DNA of 33,672 nucleotides, from contig JBBRLQ010000050.1 of assembly GCA_038231275.1 (NCBI GenBank), positions 1-33,672 on the forward strand, written 5' to 3'. The stretch comes from Polyangiales bacterium (GTDB lineage Bacteria > Myxococcota_A > Polyangia > Polyangiales > Polyangiaceae). Position 1 is the stretch's first letter. Every line of letters begins with the position of its first letter. The position numbers and the translations under genes were made by a program. The notes below the pieces were generated by a model that saw nothing but the letters and a program-made list of their open reading frames with translations, was not told where the DNA came from and ran no database searches. Positions 17,501 through 26,704 of the stretch are shown here, one piece after another.

Positions 17501-19315
17501 TCAGTAGTTGTCCTTGGAACCCGAGAGAGGACCGGTCGGGGACGGAGCCGGAGTCGGAGTCGGAGTCGCGGTCGGAGTCGCGGTCGGCGTCGGGGTCGCC
17601 GTCGCCGTCGCGGTCGAGGTCGGGCTCGAGGTCGAGGTCGAGGTCGGGTCGGCGGTCGGAATCGGGAACGCGGGCAGCGGCGTATCGGACGCCCCAGCGT
17701 CGACGCGAGGCTTACGCGGACGGCGCGGCGTGGTGGCCGTCGCGACCGGAAGATCCCCCGGCGTCACGGTCCGCGGAACCGACGCCGTCCCTGCGAGCGG
17801 ATCGCTCTCCAGATTGATGGCCGACGGCGGAGGAGGAGGCGCGCTGACCGTCGGCGTCGGCATCGGATCGACCGCGCTCGAAGGCACCTGCGCGAGACGC
17901 GTGTCCGGCGACGACGCGGAGACCGATGCGCTCGTCGCCGCGCCCGCATCCGCGCGATCGAGCAAGTGGCCTTGCGTGACGATCATGACGCCGAGCCCCG
18001 CGGTCACCAGCAGCGCGAAGCCGCCGATCACGAAACCAAGAACACGCGGGCGGCCCGATGGGATCGCGGCCATCGGGACCGAGCCGCTCGCGTTGCTCGT
18101 GGGGCTCGAGTACGAATGCGGCGGCGGTGGGCCGGGGACGGCCATGAGCTGCGGCGCGATGATCCCTCCCTGATCGGGCCCGGGCCGCGACGGGCCTCGT
18201 CGAATCGTCGGCTCCGAGCCCATATCGCCGGCGGCGCCAGGCGAGACGTCACGCATCGTCGCCGCCGGCATGGCGAAGGCGGTGTCGGCGTCCTCGAGCG
18301 CCTTCCGCTCGAGCGTCGTGTCGGGGCTCCGCTCGTCGGACAGCTCGGCGACGCGCTTGGCGACGAGCGCGACATCGAAATCGGTGAGCGTCTCCTCCGC
18401 GTGCTTCATCGGCGGCGGGTTCGAGTTACGACGCGAGCTCGGCGCGCCGCCCAAGCCCATGCGCGCCCAACGCAGCGCCTCGCGCATCGACCCGGCGTCG
18501 GCCCAGCGCTCCGTCCGCTCGAATCTCAGCGCGCGATCGATGACGTTGACGACCGCAGTAGGTACGTCCGGCGCCGCATCACGCAGCGAACGCGCGGGCT
18601 TGGTCGCGCTCGCGAGCACCTTGGCGTGCGCTGTCTCCCCGAGGTGCACGTGCTGCCCCGAGAGCAACGTGAACAGCGTCGCGCCGACGGCCCAGATGTC
18701 GCTGCGCGCACCGACCTGATCGCGCAGGCCCCGCGCCTGCTCGGGTGGCATGAACGACGGGCTCCCCATGATGAGCCCGGTCTCGGTCATCTCGCTCGAA
18801 CGCGCGCCGTCCCACACCTGCGCGATGCCGAAATCGAGCACCTTGATCATGCCGTTCTTCAGGACGAGCACGTTGTCGGGCTTCAAGTCGCGGTGGACGA
18901 CGCCGACCTCGTGCGCCGCCGCGAGGACGTCGAGCAGCTGATCGCCGATGTCGAGGACCTCGATGAGATCCATCCGGCCGACGCGGCTCCTCCGCTGCTC
19001 GAGCGTCTCGCCGTCGAGGAGCTCCATCACGAGGAACGCCGAGCCGTCCTCGGCCATGTCGTCGTCGAGGACACGGAGCGCGCTCGGGTGGTCGACCTTG
19101 TTGGCGAGGTACGCCTCGCGCAAGAATCGCTTGATGAGCCCCTCGTCGCGCGACAAGTGCTTGTGCAAAATTTTGAGCGCGCCGCGCATGCCATTGCGGT
19201 GCGTGCCGGCGTACACCGCCGCCATCGAGCCGGCGCTCAGGAAGGCGTCGACGTGCCACTTCTCGCGGATGGTCGTGCCGACCCTGCCGGCGAAGCGCTC
19301 TCGACCCTCTGCCAC
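17501..19315 (-). CDS. Hanks-type Ser/Thr protein kinase, single TM, Pro/Thr-rich tail
   Basis: ALK, RFLREA, HRDLKPDN, DFG, GSPSFMPPEQ and DIWAVG motifs; TM segment VLGFVIGGFALLVTAGLGVMIV. Start is GTG 19315 or TTG 19333. Confidence 0.92.
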   Translation of the reverse strand: MAEGRERFAGRVGTTIREKWHVDAFLSAGSMAAVYAGTHRNGMRGALKILHKHLSRDEGLIKRFLREAYLANKVDHPSALRVLDDDMAEDGSAFLVMELLDGETLEQRRSRVGRMDLIEVLDIGDQLLDVLAAAHEVGVVHRDLKPDNVLVLKNGMIKVLDFGIAQVWDGARSSEMTETGLIMGSPSFMPPEQARGLRDQVGARSDIWAVGATLFTLLSGQHVHLGETAHAKVLASATKPARSLRDAAPDVPTAVVNVIDRALRFERTERWADAGSMREALRWARMGLGGAPSSRRNSNPPPMKHAEETLTDFDVALVAKRVAELSDERSPDTTLERKALEDADTAFAMPAATMRDVSPGAAGDMGSEPTIRRGPSRPGPDQGGIIAPQLMAVPGPPPPHSYSSPTSNASGSVPMAAIPSGRPRVLGFVIGGFALLVTAGLGVMIVTQGHLLDRADAGAATSASVSASSPDTRLAQVPSSAVDPMPTPTVSAPPPPPSAINLESDPLAGTASVPRTVTPGDLPVATATTPRRPRKPRVDAGASDTPLPAFPIPTADPTSTSTSSPTSTATATATPTPTATPTATPTPTPAPSPTGPLSGSKDNY

Positions 19316-19413
19316 GCGTCGCAGTTTACCCAACGAGGGCGCCCGGTGCGCGCGGATTCGTGCGCTTCCTTTCCGCTTGAAAGTAAGCCGCGTGATGGCA
19401 GACTCCGCCTGCT

Positions 19414-22278
19414 TTGCGCGAACGTAGCGTAGGTATCTTCGCGGCGCTCGCCGGGGCTGCGGCCGTTGCCTGCGCGGGCGCGGCGTTCAGCTGCTCGCCG
19501 AGCCACGACGGAGGCTCCCCCGCCGCCGACGCGTCCACCGACGCCCCGACCGAAGCGGCGCTACCCCCCCTCGAGGCCCCGCCGGAAGCCATCCCGCCCG
19601 CGAAGCGCCGCGACGCGACCTCGAGCCCCGTCGTGTTCGACGCCGAGCGGGGCGGCGTATGGACCGCCAACGGCGAGGTCGGCACCGTCAGCTACGTGGA
19701 CGTCGACGCGCGCCGAGTCGTGGCCGAAATCGCGGTCGGCCAGCAGATCACGTCGGTCGCCTTGAGCCCCGACGCGCGATGGATCGCCGCGGTCGACCGT
19801 GCGGGCGGGCGCGTCGCGCTGGTCGAGGCGGAGGGCAAGACGGTCGCGCGCACCCTCGATGTCGGACCCCACCCGCGCGCGGCGGTGTGGGACGCGTCCG
19901 ATCCGCGTTGGCTGTACGTCTCGCTGGAGGACGACGGCGCCGTCGCGGTGATCGATCGCTCCGAAGGGCGCCTGGTGAGGAAGGTGACCGTGGGTCGCCT
20001 CCCGGCGGGTCTCGCGGTCTCGGCGACCCGGCGTGAGCTCGCGATCGTGCACCGGATCGACGCGCGCGTGACGATACTTCCGCTCGACGGCGTGTACTCC
20101 CCCGCCGACCAGAAGCAGCCGCTCGTCGTCATCGCGCTGGCCGATGAGCCCGCAAACCCCGATCCCAAGGTGCCACAAGGGCGTCCGTTCGCCTTCGAGT
20201 CTCTGGCGTGGAGCCCCGACGGCGCGAAGGCGTGGGTTCCGCACCAGCTCCTCGCGTCGCGTCAGCCGCTCCAGTTCCAGTCCACCGTCTTCCCCGCGGT
20301 GAGCGTCGTCGACGTCGAAGGGCGCGCCGAGGTCCCGAACGATCCGGCGACGGCACCGGACGGCTTCGACGGTCGCAAAGTGCTCTTCGGTGGGATCAAC
20401 GTGCTCGACGAGACGAGCAATACTGCGGTCGTCTCCCAGCCCTGCGCCGCGCGCATCCACCCGCGCGGCCTCGTCGCGTATGCCGTCGCGTGCGGCTCCG
20501 AGGATCTTGTCGTCTTCGACGTCATCACCGGCAAGTCCGTCGACCTCTTGCGCGATCTGCCCGGCGATCACCCGAGCGGGCTCGCCCTCGACGACACCGG
20601 CGCGCGCGCGTTCGTGTACGCCGACCAGTCGCAGACGCTCGCCGTCATCGACCTCGCCGGTGGAAATCCGCTGGAGCACGTGCGCGTCCTCGGCCAAGGC
20701 TTCCCCGTCGTCGCGAAGGACACGCTCGATCCCGAGCTCCGCGAGGGCCTCCGCCTCTTCTACCGCGCGTCGTCGCGCAAGGGCACGATCGCCGCGACCG
20801 GCAACAACTGGATGTCGTGCGGCGCCTGTCACCTCGACGGCTTCGTGTCGACCAACCAGGTGTTCTTCGAGACGCTCGTCGTTCGGTCGCAGGCCGACGA
20901 TGCGCAGATCGGCCACCAAGGGCTGAAGGATCTGTTCTCGACGGCGCCGACGCCGACCGATCCGTCGTTCGATCCTCACGACGTGCTCGTCGCGTTCGCC
21001 GATCAAGGAGGCCTCGCGCCGGATCGAACCGGAGCCAGGCGCGACGGCGCGATCGATCCGTCGAAGCCCACGGCGGAGGCCGCGCAGATGGCCGCGAGGG
21101 TCGCGCGCGTGATCGCCCGCGATCTCCCGCTCGGCCCGAGCTGGCTCCTCCCCGGCACCACCAAGCCCGATCTCGAGCGCGACGGCGCGTGGTGCGGCGC
21201 GTGCCACCAGACCGAGTACGACGCGTGGAGCAAGAGCGCGCACGCGCACGCCGGCGAGGATCCGATGGTGCGCTTCGGCCTCACCGTCGAGAAGAAGGCG
21301 CGCGGGCCGCAGTACGGCCGACTCTGCGCCGGATGCCACGAGCCCACCGGCGCGAGGGCGTCGGACTTCTCGCTCTCGTCGGGGCGCGGCATCACCTGCC
21401 TCGGCTGCCACGAGACCGAGCGCCTGATTCGCGCGGGCGGCAACGCCGACAGCGAAGTGCGCGGCTACGACTGGACCGTGAACCACAAGGCGCGGGCCTC
21501 GGCGGGCCTCGAGACGCTTCGCCAGCCGGAGTTCTGCGGCGGGTGCCATCAGCAGTTCGTCCCTTCGGCCGGCATCGCCGCGATCACGACGCTCGACGAG
21601 TGGCAGCACAGCGCGTACGCGGGCTCGCCCGGCGGAGCGCCTCCGCAGCGCTGCGTCGACTGCCACGCCGCGCGCACGCCAGGGATGACGGCGAACGTAA
21701 ACATGCCCATCGCCGATCACGCGATGATCGGCGGCAACGTGTGGCTCGCCACCAAGTTTGGCGACGCGGACTTCATCGCGCGCACGAAGAAGAAGCTCGC
21801 GTCAGCGGTGTCCCTCGTCGCATCGCGCGGCAACGGGGTCGTCGTGGTCACAGTGGAGAATCTTGGCGCGGGGCACGGCTTCCCGACCGGCGTGACCGAC
21901 ATCCGCGAGCCGTGGGTCGAGATCGAGGCGAAGGACGCGCAGGGCAACGTCCTCGCGCGCTACGGCGGCGTCGGCGCCGACGGCCTCCTGCCCTCCACCG
22001 CCGCGCGCTTCGGCATCGACATCGCGAAGCCCGACGGGACGCTGCTCCTCCAGCACGAGCTCAGCGACACGACGCGCATCCCGTTCGATCGCCGGGTGCC
22101 CGCACAAGGCATCGTCGCGGTGCTCATCACGGTGCCGACGACGCTGCCCTCGGGCACCGCGCAGCTCGACGCGGTGCTCAAGTACAGGAACCTGCGCACG
22201 CCGTACTTCCGCGCTGCGACGGGGGACCCGACGGGCGCGGCGCCGGACGTCGAGGTCGCGCGGGTGGTGGCGCGATGA
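19414..22278 (+). CDS. Lipoprotein: YVTN/YncE-like beta-propeller fused to multiheme cytochrome c (6 CxxCH)
   Basis: Signal peptide with Cys; propeller repeats (VWTANGEVGTVS, LYVSLEDDGAVAVID). Heme motifs CGACH, CGACH, CAGCH, CLGCH, CGGCH and CVDCH; c554-like CHQTEYDAWSKSAHA; C-terminal VENLGAGHGFPTG domain. Confidence 0.88.
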   Translation: MRERSVGIFAALAGAAAVACAGAAFSCSPSHDGGSPAADASTDAPTEAALPPLEAPPEAIPPAKRRDATSSPVVFDAERGGVWTANGEVGTVSYVDVDARRVVAEIAVGQQITSVALSPDARWIAAVDRAGGRVALVEAEGKTVARTLDVGPHPRAAVWDASDPRWLYVSLEDDGAVAVIDRSEGRLVRKVTVGRLPAGLAVSATRRELAIVHRIDARVTILPLDGVYSPADQKQPLVVIALADEPANPDPKVPQGRPFAFESLAWSPDGAKAWVPHQLLASRQPLQFQSTVFPAVSVVDVEGRAEVPNDPATAPDGFDGRKVLFGGINVLDETSNTAVVSQPCAARIHPRGLVAYAVACGSEDLVVFDVITGKSVDLLRDLPGDHPSGLALDDTGARAFVYADQSQTLAVIDLAGGNPLEHVRVLGQGFPVVAKDTLDPELREGLRLFYRASSRKGTIAATGNNWMSCGACHLDGFVSTNQVFFETLVVRSQADDAQIGHQGLKDLFSTAPTPTDPSFDPHDVLVAFADQGGLAPDRTGARRDGAIDPSKPTAEAAQMAARVARVIARDLPLGPSWLLPGTTKPDLERDGAWCGACHQTEYDAWSKSAHAHAGEDPMVRFGLTVEKKARGPQYGRLCAGCHEPTGARASDFSLSSGRGITCLGCHETERLIRAGGNADSEVRGYDWTVNHKARASAGLETLRQPEFCGGCHQQFVPSAGIAAITTLDEWQHSAYAGSPGGAPPQRCVDCHAARTPGMTANVNMPIADHAMIGGNVWLATKFGDADFIARTKKKLASAVSLVASRGNGVVVVTVENLGAGHGFPTGVTDIREPWVEIEAKDAQGNVLARYGGVGADGLLPSTAARFGIDIAKPDGTLLLQHELSDTTRIPFDRRVPAQGIVAVLITVPTTLPSGTAQLDAVLKYRNLRTPYFRAATGDPTGAAPDVEVARVVAR

Positions 22279-23411
22279 AGCACGCCGCGCTCGTCGCCGT
22301 CGCCACGACGCTCGGTGCAGGGATCGCTGCGCTCTGGGCGTGCGGCGCGTCGGGGAGCGGCGCAAATCCGACCGACGCAGGTCCGCCCGCCGCCGACGCC
22401 GCGGTGATCGCGCGCGGTGAATACCTCGTGAAGGCCGTCGCGCTCTGCGGCGAATGCCACACGCCGCGCCTCCCCACAGGTCAGCTCGACACGACGAAGT
22501 GGCTCGCCGGCGTCGACAACCGCTTCGACATCGAGCCCGACGACGACACGCACGGCGCCGTGCATGCGCCGAACCTCACGCCGCACGAGTCGGGGCTCGG
22601 TGGGTGGAAGGACGACGAGATCAAGCGCGCCATCGTCGACGGCGTCGGCATCGAGGGGCCCCTCACGTCGCTCATGCCCTCCTACGTCTTCCACAACATG
22701 GCCTCGGAGGACGCGGACGCGATCGTCGCCTACCTGCGCTCGCTGCCGCCCGTGGATCATCTGATGGGCAACCGGCAGAAGCTCTCGGTTCCGGTCACCG
22801 GACCTTCGACGCCGCTTCCCGAGGCGGCGATTCCGCACACGACCTTGCCGAGCTCCGATCCCAGCTTTGCGCGCGCCGAGCATGGCCGCTATTTGACCGG
22901 CATGGCTGGGCTCTGCATCGATTGCCATTCGACGTGGCGTCCTCAAGCGGAGCCGCCGCTCGCGCTCGGGACGCTCTTCGCGGGTGGCCGGGGCATGTCG
23001 CGCATGGAGTGGAGCGTCGACGGCGACCGCACGCCGCCGGTCATCTACTCGTACAACCTGACGCCGCACCCCAGCGGGCTCAAGGGGTGGACGCCGCCGA
23101 TGATCGTCGCAACGCTGAAGACCAACCTCGACGATCAGAAGCAGCCGCTGTGCCGGCCGATGCCGGGCGGGCCCATGGGCTCGTACGCCGCGCTCACCGA
23201 CGACGACGCGCTCGACATCGCCTTGTACATCACGACGCTGCCCCCGATCGACAGCGGCGAGATCCCGCAGTGCCCGATCCCGAAGCCCGACGCGCCGCCT
23301 CCGGACGACGCGGGCGTGGATGCACCGGTCGACGCACCGCTCGATGCACCGGCCGACGGGCCCAAGGACGGAGGCGGCGACGCGAGTGCGGACGCCGACG
23401 CGGCAGGATGA
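22275..23411 (+). CDS. Diheme cytochrome c lipoprotein
   Basis: ATGA overlap with the upstream gene; ALWA|C lipobox. Two repeats of RG/HG-xYL…CxxCH (CGECH, CIDCH)…NLTP..GL.GW…MP…D…I..Y. It is the C-terminal part of ORF-track 20208..23411. Confidence 0.88.
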   Translation: MKHAALVAVATTLGAGIAALWACGASGSGANPTDAGPPAADAAVIARGEYLVKAVALCGECHTPRLPTGQLDTTKWLAGVDNRFDIEPDDDTHGAVHAPNLTPHESGLGGWKDDEIKRAIVDGVGIEGPLTSLMPSYVFHNMASEDADAIVAYLRSLPPVDHLMGNRQKLSVPVTGPSTPLPEAAIPHTTLPSSDPSFARAEHGRYLTGMAGLCIDCHSTWRPQAEPPLALGTLFAGGRGMSRMEWSVDGDRTPPVIYSYNLTPHPSGLKGWTPPMIVATLKTNLDDQKQPLCRPMPGGPMGSYAALTDDDALDIALYITTLPPIDSGEIPQCPIPKPDAPPPDDAGVDAPVDAPLDAPADGPKDGGGDASADADAAG

Positions 23412-25900
23412 GGAGCTTCAAGATGCCTTCGCGCCACACACGGACTTTCCTATCGCTGCTCGCCGCAGGCGCGCTCACGCCCCTCGCGCTCGCGATCGGC
23501 GGCGCCGGGTGCTCGTCGTCCTCGTCGTCGCCAGACGCGCCGGCCGACGCAGGGCTCGGCGATGCCACCGTCCCCGACGCCGGCGAGGATGCGCCGTGGG
23601 ATCACGTGCGCATTCCGTACGACGGAGAGGCGCCTCCGCCGGGGCCACGAACCAAAGTGACCGCCGAGCTCACGAACGCGCGCGTCGACGTGCAGCAGCT
23701 GATGTTCGCGGCGGGTGAGATGCAGATCAGCGGCGAGCCGTTCGCGCAGCATTTTGCCGGGCGAAACCTGGGGAATTACGATCGCACGTACCTCCCCACC
23801 GATCAGTATTTGATCACGACCGGCGACGACGCGCCGACGGCGCTGACCGATCTGTTCGGCTTCAGCACTGCCGTCGAGTCGTACGAGTACTCGAAGTACC
23901 ACATGAACATGGTCTCGCAGCAGACCGGCGCGGGCCTGTCATTGGCGAACGGACCGGTCATGCTCGCGCGCGAGGCCGGCGCGACGCGCCTCGACAAGCT
24001 TCGCGCGCACGCCGCCCGACTCTTGACCGCCGCCGGCACCGACGTCGCTGGCTACGCCGTCTTGCCCGCGCCCACGAACAACAACCAGAACTACCTCGGG
24101 TTCAGCGGGCTGTGGCCGGTGTTCGTGCCGTTCCGGAGCTTCGACTCGGCCCTCCAGCCGCACCACGAGGCGGTGCAGTCGTGCACGTTCGCGGGCGGCT
24201 ATGGCGGCATCCCGACGATTGGCTCGACCTTGCCGGAGTACGAGTGCGCGTACAACTCGCTGCACATGGGCACGACGAGTGGCGCCGATCCCGCGGCCGA
24301 TCTGGCATACCGGAAGACCGCGGTCGAGAGCGTGCTCGTCCCCGGCGTGCTGGGTCTCGCGACGTGGAAGCAGGCGCTTTGGAGCGTAGACTTCACGAGC
24401 CGCGTGCACGACGCGGCGAGCAACCCGGTCAACGACGTCGCCGCGGCTGATCGCGCGAAGGTCGGCACCGCGAGCAACACGGTGGTGGGCAGCGATCCCG
24501 CGGGGGCGGCCGTCGGCACGTACATCGGCTCGACGCCGCTCGAGGGCATGTGGGGCATGATGATGCTCAGCGAGATGGAGAACTCGGCGGAGCTCGTCGT
24601 CTCCCAGCTCGCGACCGCCGACGGCGTGACGCTCGGTGGCTTCGCGACGCGCGCCGACGCGATCGCCTACGACTACACGTCGCCGCTGCGCTGGTTCCCC
24701 GCGGCGGTGAACGTCACGGAGGACGCCACGGTCCCCTACCCCGCTCCGACGGCATACGCGATCGCCGACGCCTCGAGCCGCGCCGTCGACCTCGCCGGCC
24801 TCCTCCTCGGCAACTCGATGCTGTTCGGCATGACCGACGCGCGCAACCCGGCGCTCGGCGGCCAGCTGGGCCTCACGCTCACGTTCGACGGCGCTCCCTT
24901 CCCCGCCGACGACGGTCTCGCCGGCGTCGAGGACACCGCCCACGATCGCACGCTCGCAGTGCTCCGCGTCGCGTTCATCGATCTGGATCGCATGCACGCC
25001 GATCCGGCGCTCGGCGTCATCGTCGACAAGGCGACCGTCGCCGGCGGCGTCGTCACGCGTGGCACGACGGTGACGACCACTTCGCTGTCCCACGTGCTCA
25101 TCGGCCTCCGTCAGACGCTCCTCTCCTTGAACGCAGCGATCACCCAGTACGGCGCGGCGGATCCCGATCCGGCGATCGACGCGAACGGCATCCTGAACCC
25201 GATCGCGATCCACCCGCCGCAGGGGGGAACGCCGCTCTTCAGCAACCGCGTGCGCGACGTGTTCGCCGCGAACGCGCGCTTCGTGCGCGACGTGCTCACC
25301 AAGGCGGACGGCTCGGTCGCCAATGGGGCCACGCTCGCCGCCGGCGTCGCCACGCCTGATCCCGCCGCGACCACGCTCGAGGCGCAGGCCGCCGCGGTGC
25401 GCGCCCTGATCGAGGGCTTCCTCGTCACCGGCGATCCGACGTACCGCGATCGCGCGCGCGCGGTGTCGACGAAGCTCATGACCGCGTTCTTCAGCGCGCC
25501 GGCGCTGCTCTTCCGCGGCGTCCTCGGCGGCCCTGACGAGGTGCGCATGACGCCGGAGCGCTTCGCGTGGCTGCAGAGCGCGCTGCGCGAGACGCACAAG
25601 GTCATCCACCTGAGCGGCGACGCGTCGCTCGACCGCAGCGTGCTCGAGCCGCGGATCGCCCGCGTGAACAAGCTCTTCTTGAACGGGTGGGATGATCTCG
25701 ACGGCAACCGCATGGTGGACACGGGCCGCGAGTGCCTCGCCGCGCGCATGCAGATGGGCGAGCAGTCGCTCACCGGCGAGCTCGGTCGCGACGACGTCGG
25801 CCGCAACACGACCGATCGCGACAACGACTGCGTGCCAGAGATCGACGACTCGCAGCGCGCCAGCGTCCTGGCGAGCGAAGTCTACTTCCATTCGCCGTAG
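23408..25900 (+). CDS. Large uncharacterised lipoprotein (830 aa)
   Basis: ATGA overlap; IGGAG|CSSSS lipobox; FSTAVESYEYSKYHMN segment; helical C-half; Ca-binding-like WDDLDGNRMVD and DRDNDC. It is the C-terminal part of ORF-track 22454..25900. Confidence 0.8.
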   Translation: MRSFKMPSRHTRTFLSLLAAGALTPLALAIGGAGCSSSSSSPDAPADAGLGDATVPDAGEDAPWDHVRIPYDGEAPPPGPRTKVTAELTNARVDVQQLMFAAGEMQISGEPFAQHFAGRNLGNYDRTYLPTDQYLITTGDDAPTALTDLFGFSTAVESYEYSKYHMNMVSQQTGAGLSLANGPVMLAREAGATRLDKLRAHAARLLTAAGTDVAGYAVLPAPTNNNQNYLGFSGLWPVFVPFRSFDSALQPHHEAVQSCTFAGGYGGIPTIGSTLPEYECAYNSLHMGTTSGADPAADLAYRKTAVESVLVPGVLGLATWKQALWSVDFTSRVHDAASNPVNDVAAADRAKVGTASNTVVGSDPAGAAVGTYIGSTPLEGMWGMMMLSEMENSAELVVSQLATADGVTLGGFATRADAIAYDYTSPLRWFPAAVNVTEDATVPYPAPTAYAIADASSRAVDLAGLLLGNSMLFGMTDARNPALGGQLGLTLTFDGAPFPADDGLAGVEDTAHDRTLAVLRVAFIDLDRMHADPALGVIVDKATVAGGVVTRGTTVTTTSLSHVLIGLRQTLLSLNAAITQYGAADPDPAIDANGILNPIAIHPPQGGTPLFSNRVRDVFAANARFVRDVLTKADGSVANGATLAAGVATPDPAATTLEAQAAAVRALIEGFLVTGDPTYRDRARAVSTKLMTAFFSAPALLFRGVLGGPDEVRMTPERFAWLQSALRETHKVIHLSGDASLDRSVLEPRIARVNKLFLNGWDDLDGNRMVDTGRECLAARMQMGEQSLTGELGRDDVGRNTTDRDNDCVPEIDDSQRASVLASEVYFHSP

Positions 25901-25920
25901 GTCGACGTAGGCTCGGGGCC

Positions 25921-26391
25921 ATGAAGAGCGACCCGAAGGTCATCGACCTGCTCAACGAGATCCTCACCGGCGAGCTCACCGCCATCAACCAGTATTTCTT
26001 GCACGCTCGCATGTGCGGCAACTGGGGGTACAAGCGGCTCGAGGAGCAAATCAAGAAGGAGTCGATCGGCGAGATGAAGCACGCCGACACGCTCATCGAG
26101 CGCGTGCTCTTCTTCGAGGGCCTGCCCAACGTGCAGCGCCTCGGCAAGATCAACATCGGGCAGAACGTGCCCGAGATCCTCGCCAACGATCTCGCCGTCG
26201 AGATGGTCGCCATCCCGCTCTTGAACCGCGCGATCGCTGTGTGCCGCGACCTCGGCGACAACGGGACCGAGGATCTCCTCACGAAGATCCTCGTCTCGGA
26301 GGAAGAGCACGTGGACTGGATCGAAGAGCAGCTCGAGCTCATCAAGCAGCTCGGCGCAGCGCATTACCTCGCGCAGCAGGTCCACGGCTGA
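25921..26391 (+). CDS. bfr: Bacterioferritin
   Basis: ATG at 25921; ELTAINQYFLH, EMKHA (E51, heme ligand M52, H54), E94 and EEEH; 156 aa. Confidence 0.97.
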   Translation: MKSDPKVIDLLNEILTGELTAINQYFLHARMCGNWGYKRLEEQIKKESIGEMKHADTLIERVLFFEGLPNVQRLGKINIGQNVPEILANDLAVEMVAIPLLNRAIAVCRDLGDNGTEDLLTKILVSEEEHVDWIEEQLELIKQLGAAHYLAQQVHG

Positions 26392-26444
26392 TCATTTTTT
26401 TCGGCGTGATCTCCGCAGGTTGGCGGCATTCGATCGGAGCGGGC

Positions 26445-26472
26445 TTGCGTTGATAATGGTTTTCATTATCTT
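26445..26472 (+). promoter_or_regulatory. Fur box overlapping the bfd promoter
   Basis: GATAATGGTTTTCATTATC at 26452-26470 (consensus GATAATGATAATCATTATC, perfect 7-bp arms). It spans the spacer between -35 TTGCGT (26445-50) and -10 TATCTT (26467-72) and overlaps the -10. Confidence 0.88.
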
Positions 26473-26478
26473 TTAGAT

Positions 26479-26679
26479 ATGTACGTTTGCGTCTGCCGAG
26501 CGGTCACCGACAAGAAGGTCGAAGAGGTCATCGAGCACGGCGCGCAGACGGTGGACGCGGTGACGCGGGCGTGCGGCGCCGGGGGCGACTGCGGCGCGTG
26601 CCGAGAGAAGATCGGTGAGATGATCGACGCGGCGCAGGTCGTCCCGGCGGCGCGGCTCGTTCGCGAGAAGGCGGCGTAG
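26479..26679 (+). CDS. bfd: Bacterioferritin-associated [2Fe-2S] ferredoxin
   Basis: MYVCVCRAVTD…GAGGDCGAC; 66 aa; adjacent to bfr. Confidence 0.93.
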   Translation: MYVCVCRAVTDKKVEEVIEHGAQTVDAVTRACGAGGDCGACREKIGEMIDAAQVVPAARLVREKAA

Positions 26680-26704
26680 CGACGGCGTTCGGCCTCTCGG
26701 TCGT

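Noticed and set aside
17540..17670. Hexamer repeats (GGAGTC, GAGGTC) as a CRISPR array or contingency locus
   Set aside because: In-frame coding repeats for the Pro/Thr/Ser kinase tail, with no spacers. The repeats at 7500-7990 (TSP3) and 32443-32498 are likewise coding.
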